Source of the DNA: Myxococcota bacterium
GTDB lineage: Bacteria > Myxococcota_A > Polyangia > Nannocystales > Nannocystaceae
NCBI GenBank assembly: GCA_039028615.1
Contig: JBCCHT010000088.1
Location: 1-12,096, forward strand
Direction: 5' to 3'
Length of the DNA: 12,096 nt
This document shows, piece after piece, positions 1 through 7,892 of this stretch (within the stretch, counting starts at the first letter, position 1; each line of letters starts with the position of its first letter). Position numbers and translations under genes: made by a program. The notes under the pieces were generated by a model. That model saw nothing but the letters and a program-made list of their open reading frames with translations. It was not told the DNA's origin and made no database searches.

Positions 1-2047
1 CGCGGGCCTGTTTCGTCACCTCGTGAGAGGCCATGCTCGGCAACCCCAACGCGAGCAACGACTCGTGCAGTGGCTCTCCGCCTTCGTCGTCGAGCACGAA
101 CCGGTATCGCGACGTCATCAGAAGCCCTGACTTCGTTCGGTGTGCAAACCGAAACGCCCTCAGCACCACTCTCAGTCCATCGTGGTACGGCGTGCGAACT
201 CGGTGTGCACCGCCAGCGCTCGGCTCGAGCAGCTGCTCGAGGTCGTCGAGCACCAGCAGCAGCGGAGGGGCGTCTTCACTACCGAGGATGACCCCCAACG
301 CCGCTTCCAACGCGTCAGCATCCGAACCATCGGTTACCGTCACTTGCTCGGGCAATGCCCTGGCCAGCGCATCGAGCAGCTGTGGAGCGGTCCACGTACC
401 GTGCATCACCACGGGCGTATGCGTACGCATCCGTTGCACCACCCGGGCGGCGAGGCTCGACTTGCCTTGGCGCCCTACGCCATGCAAGAGCACGCCGCAG
501 GAGGAGCCCTCCCGGAGGGTGCGGACCACCGTCTGGAGCGGGCGTCGACGGCCCACGAATTGCTCGGGTCCGGCGATCGGCACCTGGCGTCCGGCATCGA
601 GGAACTGCGCTGGAGGGGCAGGACGAGGGCGAGGAGTTGCGCCGAGAGCCGCCAGGGGGCCGCCGCTCGAAGACCCGAGCAGCAGGCGTGCGAGGTGCCA
701 GTGATGACTGTGGCGGTTGTGGCGTTGCCACTGCTGGACGAGGACACGGCGAGCAACAGCCACCGCACGGGGCAGGGCATAGCCACCTGCGAGCCGAGTA
801 TACAGCGCCGCCGTGAACGCTGAGGCTTCGCCATCGTAGACGGAGCCAGCCCAGCCCAGAGCGGCGGGAATTCCTTCATCGACCAGGGCATGGGTGAGGC
901 TGTCAACTTCATCCCCTTGCGCGGTCAGGCACGCCGACAGGAACAGCAGACCGAGGTCCTTGATCGCGGGGCCAGTGTGTTCGAGTAGCGTCTCGGCATC
1001 GACCAGGTGCTTGCGCCCCATGTCGTCTTCGAGGGCGAGCACAGGGCGAGGCGGCTGGTCTCCATCGCGGACGATGGTGCCGTGACACGACAGATGCACG
1101 ACTCGTACGGGAGCTTGGGCGCCGAGCTGGCCGAGACGAACGCCGAGCTCCGCGGCGGTCCCCGTCTCTTCGACGAACAGCTCGAGGGGGAGGCCTTCGG
1201 TCGCCGTGAGGACAGCGGTTTCTTCCTGTTCGTAGTCCAACGCCGTGCTGCCTTCGGGCGCCGCAGCCATGAACAGCAAGGACAGCGCCTCTCGAGGTGG
1301 GGACGAGGGCGTGGGAGGGCCCAGGCGCCGCCATACGCTCAAGCGAATGCGGGGGTCGAGGGCTGCGCAGCCCATCGGGCCAGCGAGGAGCTCCCAGGGG
1401 GCGTGGTGGAGGGCCCGAGCTGCACTGTCCGTGGCTTTGGGCAGGACGACCTCGAGGCCGAGTGCCGTGGGGGTCTTTCGTAGGAGCGTCGACCACCAGG
1501 AGGACTCGCCATCGAGCCAGGCCGTGAGGCGGCGGCCGAGTTCTTCGAAGGTCTCGTGCTCTGCGTTGAGCTTGACGGCCTGCGCGTACTCTCGAGCCAG
1601 CTCGGTCAGAGCGGAGCCGTCGGCCTCGGCCCATGGGCGACGTATGGGTGCATTCGTGCCGTCGTCGATGTACAGCGCCCCCTCTCGGTATTCGACCCGC
1701 ACGAGGTGCAGGGCATCGCCGTCGTCGAGCTCGACCGCGGCGTTGAGCAGGCTGTGGGCATCGACCTCATGTAACGGGCGATGGACGAGCCAGCTGCCGT
1801 GGATGCGCAGCGAGTGCTGTGACTCGAGAGCATCGTGGGCCCACCGCTGAACCGCAGGCCAGCCCGCTTGAAACGACGAGCGAGCCCCTCGACCGACCTC
1901 GGCGAGCTGGGGCACCGACAACCGCAGTGTCGCGGTTGCCTCTCGTGCTTCCTTTTGTATCGCGTCGACCCCCAGCTCCGACCGCAACAACGCAGCAAGC
2001 TCCCGAGCGACCTTCGTCGCTTCTGTCCCTTCAACCTGGATCTCCAT
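1..2047 (-). CDS. CHAT (caspase/HetF) protease-STAND (NB-ARC/NACHT-like) NTPase protein, copy A; 3' end runs off the window
   Basis: Hand translation of the minus strand from ATG at 2047 (alternative in-frame ATG at 2059 with AAGGAGG upstream): MEIQVEGTEATKVAREL... No stop in the segments I translated, and colinear with open copy B. CHAT motifs HAPWELL, LSVLFMAAAPEG, LDYEQEE, VVHLSCHG, LLFLSACLT, GWAGSVYD. STAND motifs FVGRR, Walker A GVGRQGKSS, Walker B LLLVLDDLE, sensor-1 LLMTSR. Confidence 0.9.
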   Translation of the reverse strand, partial: MEIQVEGTEATKVARELAALLRSELGVDAIQKEAREATATLRLSVPQLAEVGRGARSSFQAGWPAVQRWAHDALESQHSLRIHGSWLVHRPLHEVDAHSLLNAAVELDDGDALHLVRVEYREGALYIDDGTNAPIRRPWAEADGSALTELAREYAQAVKLNAEHETFEELGRRLTAWLDGESSWWSTLLRKTPTALGLEVVLPKATDSAARALHHAPWELLAGPMGCAALDPRIRLSVWRRLGPPTPSSPPREALSLLFMAAAPEGSTALDYEQEETAVLTATEGLPLELFVEETGTAAELGVRLGQLGAQAPVRVVHLSCHGTIVRDGDQPPRPVLALEDDMGRKHLVDAETLLEHTGPAIKDLGLLFLSACLTAQGDEVDSLTHALVDEGIPAALGWAGSVYDGEASAFTAALYTRLAGGYALPRAVAVARRVLVQQWQRHNRHSHHWHLARLLLGSSSGGPLAALGATPRPRPAPPAQFLDAGRQVPIAGPEQFVGRRRPLQTVVRTLREGSSCGVLLHGVGRQGKSSLAARVVQRMRTHTPVVMHGTWTAPQLLDALARALPEQVTVTDGSDADALEAALGVILGSEDAPPLLLVLDDLEQLLEPSAGGAHRVRTPYHDGLRVVLRAFRFAHRTKSGLLMTSRYRFVLDDEGGEPLHESLLALGLPSMASHEVTKQAR
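1..2047. repeat. Left arm of 2047-bp imperfect inverted repeat (pairs with 10050-12096)
   Basis: Reverse complement aligns with 10050-12096 with no net indel (position p pairs with 12097-p). Bases 1-141 are identical to 11956-12096; first mismatch at 142/11955. Clear colinear similarity ends at about the start codons. Confidence 0.97.
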
Positions 2048-2088
2048 CTTCTTCTCCATGCTGCTGGCCCCCTCCTTCGTTGAATCCT

Positions 2089-4032
2089 TCACTCGCCGCT
2101 CTCCCGCTCGAGCCGAAGCTCCGGCAACGCGAACACCGAGAACGCCAACCGATCGGGATTCCCCTCCTCTCGCGCCCAGACCCGCGCCCGACGTGCCGCC
2201 TCCCCGAGCGTTACTCCTCCACCGATTTCGTCATAGAACGCCACCGCAAAACTCGAGGCGGTCGAGTCATACACAGACCACGAAGGAACGATCGTCGCCG
2301 CGACTCCAGCCTTGGACAAGACTCCCGCCCAACCGGCATGACCGGTCAACGAAGCCCGCCCACTGATTCCTGCTTGGCACGCGTTGATGAACACACAACT
2401 CCCGAGCAGTGGAGCTTTCTCTATGTCCTCCCCGATGCCGGGCGGAGCGACGTCCGTGACCAAGAGCGCCCGTTGGTCCTGCAAGAGGATCCGCCCCCCA
2501 TGCGGATCTCCGGTCGGCAGTACTCCGTGTGCCGCGAAATGCAGGAAGTGGCATCGGCCGTACTCCGCGTGCAGGTTGCCATCGAGGAAGTTTGAAACTT
2601 CGGCGAGACTGCGCATCTCGAGCGGGGCCTGCCCCAAGAGTCGTCGCAACGCCTTCCGCTCCTCGGTCACCGAAAGCCCGCCGTCGGTCGGCGCGACGAG
2701 CACGGCAGGCCCCACGCAAAGCCGGTCACGACGGCTACCTTCACGTAGCCATCGCGTGACTGCGAAACGTTCGCCGATGAAGAACCCCGAGTCCGAACCA
2801 CCGAGCCGGATCATCTCCCATGGGGCCCACGCATCGTCCGCTTCGATGTGCAGGGCCAGCTTCTCCGGGAGCTCGACCAACGCGTTCTGGATCTCGGGGG
2901 GTAGGAGAGTCTCTGCCAAGCTGAGGCCAACCCGCCGCAGTCGGCTCTCCAGCAATTCAGGTTTGAGCTGCGGATCGAAGTCGTGCTCGAACTTTCGGCA
3001 CTGCTCCACGAGAAGTTCCTGGATCGAAGCCGGTACTTCGTGCATCACGGAGATCCCAAAGGGAACGAGTTCGGCTGGGCCTAGCAAAGTCACTCGCCAG
3101 GCCACACTCGGCCCCTCGGAGAATCGACGCTCGATCCTCATCACGACCACGGGCTCCTTGGAGGTCGCCGACACCGCGAGTTCACCCGAGGCGACCCGAG
3201 GCTCCGAGGACGTCCGCTCCACCGCGCTGGCCTCTACGTAGATCGGGACCGCCAAGCGCAAGCGCTCGACGTGGTTGTACCGAAAGACAACGTCGACGCT
3301 GGCTAGCCCGCAGCGTCGACCCACCAGTCGAAAACTCAGCCGAGGCGATTGTCCGCTATCCGCGAGTCGAAGTTGTCCGATGGTCGGAACTCCATCCGCC
3401 TCGATGGCGGAGTCCTCGGGAAGGAGAACCTCGACCTCCATCTCCACTCGCTGGTCTTGTTCCACGACGACCGCCAGCTGCGGAGCACCCGGCGTCGACG
3501 GCTTGGAGTTGAAAACCACCGACACCTCGAAGGGTTCTCCCCGCACGACGGTGTCGGGGGCGTATACCTGGGGAAAGGCCTCCACGCGGCGAAGCGCAGG
3601 AGCGGGCTGGGGCTGAGGCTCCGTTTGCCCTTCGAGCTGGTCAATCTGGCTCGCGAGCACGTCAATGCGATGGCCCGACGGCTCCGCTTCGGAGTCAGGT
3701 CGAGCAACGGCATGGTCTCCATCTCCACGCCGAACCGTGGGGCCCTGGCCATGAGCACCCCCTCGACCGTGGGTGGCCGTACCGAGGAAGAGATCGCACT
3801 CGTACGCCTCGAAGAGTCGGTACAATGCGTGCAGGAGCCACTGCCAGTCCTCGTCCGTGGTCGGGCTCGGTACTCTTCGCAGCAATGAACCGAGCTCGCT
3901 GAGCAATGCCGACCATCGTGACTCCAGCCTTCGCTCGAGGTGCTCGCTTCGGGCGATGAAGGCATCGAGCGCTGACGAGACCCGGGCACTCGCAGAACCA
4001 GAAGAGTTTTGGGCGACATTGGATTGGGTCAT
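2089..4032 (-). CDS. CHAT domain protease (~647 aa) with an N-terminal helical region and a central beta-rich domain
   Basis: ORF 2089..4365 trimmed to the ATG at 4032 (MTQSNVAQ...) because the longer start overlaps the sigma gene; start uncertain. C-terminal CHAT motifs WAPWEMI, HFLHFAAHG, VFINACQAG, WSVYDSTASSFAVAFY, LGEAARRAR. Stop lies about 30-40 bp before the next gene, consistent with an operon. Confidence 0.88.
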   Translation of the reverse strand: MTQSNVAQNSSGSASARVSSALDAFIARSEHLERRLESRWSALLSELGSLLRRVPSPTTDEDWQWLLHALYRLFEAYECDLFLGTATHGRGGAHGQGPTVRRGDGDHAVARPDSEAEPSGHRIDVLASQIDQLEGQTEPQPQPAPALRRVEAFPQVYAPDTVVRGEPFEVSVVFNSKPSTPGAPQLAVVVEQDQRVEMEVEVLLPEDSAIEADGVPTIGQLRLADSGQSPRLSFRLVGRRCGLASVDVVFRYNHVERLRLAVPIYVEASAVERTSSEPRVASGELAVSATSKEPVVVMRIERRFSEGPSVAWRVTLLGPAELVPFGISVMHEVPASIQELLVEQCRKFEHDFDPQLKPELLESRLRRVGLSLAETLLPPEIQNALVELPEKLALHIEADDAWAPWEMIRLGGSDSGFFIGERFAVTRWLREGSRRDRLCVGPAVLVAPTDGGLSVTEERKALRRLLGQAPLEMRSLAEVSNFLDGNLHAEYGRCHFLHFAAHGVLPTGDPHGGRILLQDQRALLVTDVAPPGIGEDIEKAPLLGSCVFINACQAGISGRASLTGHAGWAGVLSKAGVAATIVPSWSVYDSTASSFAVAFYDEIGGGVTLGEAARRARVWAREEGNPDRLAFSVFALPELRLERESGE

Positions 4033-4163
4033 GGGATCGAGGCCGTAGTGGGCCGTCGTGACCCGTTTGATCAAATCGACGGTCGTTTTTCTTTCTTGGC
4101 TCGAGAACGCGGTTCTCGTGGATGCAGACGAGATTGCCGAGCTCGCCGCGGTACCATGGGGCA
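4033..4163. promoter_or_regulatory. Divergent promoter region with palindrome TTTGATCAAA (4066-4075) and a T-rich tract
   Basis: Intergenic space between head-to-head genes; locally AT-richer. Perfect 10-bp palindrome, flanking CCGTCG (4053-4058)/CGACGG (4077-4082) complementarity, and T tract at 4086-4097. No clear -10/-35 assigned. Confidence 0.4.
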
Positions 4164-4880
4164 ATGACGGAGAAGGGCTCTGTCCACCCCGAAGCACGAG
4201 CGCTGGCCTCCGAGCTCTACGCAAAACACAGCCAGGAGATCCTCGCGTTCTTTCGTCATACCCGCCGCATGACGATGGCGGACGCTGGCGACCTGATGCA
4301 GCAGACCTTTGCCGAGCTGCTGAAGACCCTGCGAAACAACCCGCAACTGAAGGTGGAGTACCCACGGGCGCTTTTGTTCAAGATCGCGCATCGACAGTTT
4401 GGGGCATACATCGAGCACAAAGGGCGCCACGGGGATCGCATGGTCGATGAGGAGATCGACGAACAACGATCCCTGGCCGAGTCGGATGACCTCCAGTTCC
4501 AGGCGAGCCTACGAGCGGACCAAAAGCTTCTACTCCGGGCGATGCGGCGACTGACCAAGGAGGATGGTGAGCAGGCCGATCGTGCGCGAGAGCGAGGCGA
4601 CGTCACCGAGAGTTGGACCATCAGCGAGCACCAACTGATCCTCTATCTGCGATTTTGGGTGGGCCTCACTCTGGCCCGAGTCGCTGAGATCTTGGATATC
4701 CCGCCCGGAACCCTCAGCGGCCGCCAGCGGCGTGCGCTGCAGCTGCTGCGGCATCGGGTTGCGGAGCTGGAGGCTCCAGACGAGGCTACCCGTGGTACCT
4801 CGACCACGATGCTCGAGCGCTGGCATGGGATCTTGGAGCGCGATGCGCTCGAGGTCCTCCCTGCGGAACCGAAGCCCTGA
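4164..4880 (+). CDS. ECF-type sigma-70 family RNA polymerase sigma factor (~238 aa)
   Basis: Region 2: ELYAKHSQEILAFFR...ADAGDLMQQTF...RALLFKIAHRQF. Region 4 HTH: LILYLRFWVGLTLARVAEILDIPPGTLSGRQRRALQLLR. Start placed at ATG 4164; upstream ATG at 4122 possible. Confidence 0.9.
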   Translation: MTEKGSVHPEARALASELYAKHSQEILAFFRHTRRMTMADAGDLMQQTFAELLKTLRNNPQLKVEYPRALLFKIAHRQFGAYIEHKGRHGDRMVDEEIDEQRSLAESDDLQFQASLRADQKLLLRAMRRLTKEDGEQADRARERGDVTESWTISEHQLILYLRFWVGLTLARVAEILDIPPGTLSGRQRRALQLLRHRVAELEAPDEATRGTSTTMLERWHGILERDALEVLPAEPKP

Positions 4881-4968
4881 CCGAGCGTTGAACTTTTTTG
4901 GGTTTGGAGTGATGGCTTCGGCGCCCGCGCCCACATAAGCAGCGAGCGGAGCAACAGTTCCCACGGCC

Positions 4969-7857
4969 ATGAGCACCACGAACCCACACGAGCCTTTCGG
5001 CGTACCGCCCGAGGACCTCGCCGCGCGCCGCCTCCGCGCTGATCGCGCGAAGGCGCTGTTCGGTGAGAACGGGCCGGATCCGATGAAGATCGGCCGGTTC
5101 ACGCTGACGCGGCAGCTCGGACGTGGGGGGCAGGGCTCGGTGTTTGTCGCCCACGATGACGAGCTCGATCGCAGCGTCGCGTTGAAGCGGCTGCACTCGT
5201 TCGATGCCAACAAAGGGCGCGATCTACGGGAGGAAGCCAAGACCCTCGCGCGCTTCAAGCACCCGAATGTGGTGACGGTACACGAAGTGGGACTCGACCC
5301 CATCGACGGTCCGTTCATCGTCATGGAACTCGTCGAGGGAAAACCCCTCGGGGACTGGCTCGAGGAAAAGCCAAGGCACTGGACCGAGATCGTGCGTGTC
5401 TTGATCCAGCTTGCGCGGGGCCTGGCGGCTCTGCACGAGCAACGTGTCATTCACCGCGACGTCAAGCCACCGAACGTCGTGATCGAGTCCACCGGACGAG
5501 TGAAGCTCGTCGACCTCGGCATCGCGTTTCTCGCACCCGATCCCACCACCGAAGTAGGGGCGGAGACTGACTTCGAGGCGAGGTCCCGCGGGTGGGGCAC
5601 GACTGGATACATGGCTCCCGAGCAAGTGGCGGGGGAGCGACTGGATCCTCGAACCGACCAGTACAGCTTCTTCGTTGTCGCCTACGAAGCCTTGTACGGA
5701 GCTCGGCCCCCGCTCGCCGTCAGCTCTGAGCTGGGTAGGCAACGTGGAGATGGTCGCAGCAACGGGGGCTCGAAACCTCGGACACGTGTGCCTCGGAGCC
5801 TGCGGCGCATTCTCGAGCGGGGTTTGGCCAAGGACCCATCGCATCGCTTCGAGGACATGGCGACCGTCGCGGCGCAGCTTGAGGACCTGGTTCGCAGGCG
5901 ACGGATGATTCCCTCCGCTGCTGTCGCGGCGGGGGCTTTGCTCGTAACCGCAGGGGTCGTCGCGACTTTGTGGCCAGGGGCGGAGTCTGCATGTGCACGC
6001 GGCGAGACTGGGGCATCGCTGTGGTCTCCCCAACGACGCAACGAAGTCCGGCACTCCTTCGTCGCGACCGGCTCCTCGTCGGCTGAATCGACATTCAGCG
6101 CGGTCGATGCCGTGCTCACCCGCTACACCGTCGAGCTGGACACGGCGCATGAATCGGCTTGCACCGCTCTGTCGCAGCGGGAAGAAGAACCCGCCGAGGC
6201 CCACGCCCGACTGGCCTGTATCGCGCGGGCGCAGGGGGTGGTCACCGACATGGTCGAACAGCTGGGCACGATCACTGCCGAAGAGCTCCCGGGCGCGCCC
6301 GAGAACCTGGCGTCGCTGCCCGAGTTCGCCTCGTGCACGCGGGTGGCTGGTCCAGAGCAGACCTGCGATCCCGGTCGGGCGGTGCCGGGATTCGCTGATG
6401 CGGTCCGAGCAATCGGTCTCAAGCTCCAGGCTGCGGAGGCGCGGATCATGCTTGGCCGTTATGCGGAAGGCATGGAGCTTGCCGAGGCTGCGATCGCGCT
6501 GGCGGAACCAGGACCGTTGACTCGACTGAGGGGGCAGGCTTGGCTCGTGCACGGACGACTCGCATACGAGAGCCAGCAGTTCGACATCGCCCTGCGCTCG
6601 CTCGAGGAAGCCTCGTCCCTGGCAGAGCAACAGGCCTGCGATGGGATTGCCGCCGAGTCCCTCGCGCTCATGGCCAAGGTTCGTGCGCTGCAGCCCAAGG
6701 GTGACGCAGAGGAGGCGTTACGTTGGTCTCAGCAGGCACTGGACAAGCTCGAGCGTCTGGGAGACGTGGGGCCTCGTCGTGCCGACGCCCTCAATAGCCG
6801 CGGCTTGGTGCTGCACCAGCGTCTGCAACGCTACGAGGAAGCCGACGTTCTGTATCGCGAAGCGGCGCGCCTGCGTGAGCAGTTTCTGCCGACGACTGCG
6901 TTGGCGTTGTCAGATACCCTGCTCAACCGCGGCGCGGTGCTGGCCGCGCTCGGTGACCTAGACCAGGCGGTCGAGGTGCTGGAAGATGCGCTGTCGATAC
7001 GAGAGGAAGCCCTAGGCTCCGATCACCCCGGCTTGTACAAGCTCCACCTCAACCTCGGGAACCGACGGTTGGAGCGAGGGCAGACGGCAGAGGCCGAGGC
7101 CTCGTTCCAGCGCGGCCTCGAACTCGCCAAGCTCGGCTTTGGTTCGCAGCACCACAAGATCGCAGCGCTTCATCTGAACTTGGCAGCAGCGCTGGACCAC
7201 CGTGGCGCGTTCGACCTCGCGCTGGAGCACGCGAGCGAGGCCATCGCGATCTACGACGACGCACTCGAAGCGGACGACCTGAGGCGAATCGATGCTTGGG
7301 GGGCGATGGCGCAAGTGCTGATCGATGCGAGCCGCCCCGTCGATGCCGTCCCGTGGGCGACCAAGACCTGGGAGTTGGTGCGCCAACATCCGCAGGCTAC
7401 GGCAATGGAGCGTACCCTCGGCGCGTATCGCCTTGGTTCCACGCATCGACAGTCGCCGAGCCCCGAGGCTGCGCTCGTTTGGTTCGACCGGGCGCTCGAG
7501 CTGTCCAACGAGCGAGCACCCGAGCCGGCCCAGGTCCCAAAGCAGATCGACGAGCTTCGGGCGCACGTGCATCTGGAACGGGGGGAGGTCTTGCTTTCGC
7601 TCGAGCGAGCACGCGAGGCGGTCGCTTCGCTGGCCGCAGCCGAACGCTGGTGGGCGGCGCAGGGCAGCAACCCCGAACGACTCGCTCACGCACGGTGGGG
7701 ACTCGGACAAGCGTTGGTGATGGAAGGCTCGAGCCCAACCGCCCGCGGACGTGCCGACGAACTCACACGCTCGGCGTTGTCATACTTCGAGAAAGGTGGC
7801 GACGAGAGGTGGATGCTTCGTGTCCGACAGTGGCGGACCGATCATGGATTGGAATAG
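4969..7857 (+). CDS. Hanks-type Ser/Thr protein kinase with a transmembrane helix and C-terminal TPR repeats (962 aa)
   Basis: Kinase motifs LGRGGQGSVF, VALK, HPNVV, HRDVKPPN, DLG, GTTGYMAPEQ, DQYSF. RRRR followed by hydrophobic AAVAAGALLVTAGVVATLW. TPR-like repeats, e.g. ADALNSRGLVL, AVEVLEDALSIREEALGSDHP, AEASFQRGLEL. Confidence 0.95.
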   Translation: MSTTNPHEPFGVPPEDLAARRLRADRAKALFGENGPDPMKIGRFTLTRQLGRGGQGSVFVAHDDELDRSVALKRLHSFDANKGRDLREEAKTLARFKHPNVVTVHEVGLDPIDGPFIVMELVEGKPLGDWLEEKPRHWTEIVRVLIQLARGLAALHEQRVIHRDVKPPNVVIESTGRVKLVDLGIAFLAPDPTTEVGAETDFEARSRGWGTTGYMAPEQVAGERLDPRTDQYSFFVVAYEALYGARPPLAVSSELGRQRGDGRSNGGSKPRTRVPRSLRRILERGLAKDPSHRFEDMATVAAQLEDLVRRRRMIPSAAVAAGALLVTAGVVATLWPGAESACARGETGASLWSPQRRNEVRHSFVATGSSSAESTFSAVDAVLTRYTVELDTAHESACTALSQREEEPAEAHARLACIARAQGVVTDMVEQLGTITAEELPGAPENLASLPEFASCTRVAGPEQTCDPGRAVPGFADAVRAIGLKLQAAEARIMLGRYAEGMELAEAAIALAEPGPLTRLRGQAWLVHGRLAYESQQFDIALRSLEEASSLAEQQACDGIAAESLALMAKVRALQPKGDAEEALRWSQQALDKLERLGDVGPRRADALNSRGLVLHQRLQRYEEADVLYREAARLREQFLPTTALALSDTLLNRGAVLAALGDLDQAVEVLEDALSIREEALGSDHPGLYKLHLNLGNRRLERGQTAEAEASFQRGLELAKLGFGSQHHKIAALHLNLAAALDHRGAFDLALEHASEAIAIYDDALEADDLRRIDAWGAMAQVLIDASRPVDAVPWATKTWELVRQHPQATAMERTLGAYRLGSTHRQSPSPEAALVWFDRALELSNERAPEPAQVPKQIDELRAHVHLERGEVLLSLERAREAVASLAAAERWWAAQGSNPERLAHARWGLGQALVMEGSSPTARGRADELTRSALSYFEKGGDERWMLRVRQWRTDHGLE

Positions 7858-7892
7858 CGACTCTGACAGACAACGGAAACAGCGAAAGAAAC

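Noticed and set aside
1..2047. Fold-back (amplification chimera) artefact as the origin of the inverted repeat
   Set aside because: The arms differ at many positions, largely synonymously, and have different upstream RBS regions, so they are real paralogues.
33..2083. Numerous ORFs in the track over the left arm, and their mirrors at 10033-12064
   Set aside because: Antisense or off-frame shadows of the CHAT-STAND genes; Arg/Ser/Pro-rich with no motifs.
4033..4365. 111-aa N-terminal extension of ORF 2089..4365
   Set aside because: Overlaps the sigma gene head-to-head and has low-complexity composition; a start at 4032 is more plausible.
5510..5522. Kinase DLG instead of DFG as a sign of a pseudokinase
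   Set aside because: DLG is a tolerated variant; the Lys, HRD, Asn, Asp and APE motifs are all intact.
5224..6630. 468-aa minus-strand ORF and other long antisense ORFs within the kinase and caspase genes
   Set aside because: Typical high-GC antisense open frames opposite well-supported genes.
7296..7892. 5' extension of ORF 7296..8273, and likewise 8111-8269 of the caspase ORF
   Set aside because: Both overlap upstream genes in another frame; downstream starts at 7893 and 8270 fit operon spacing.
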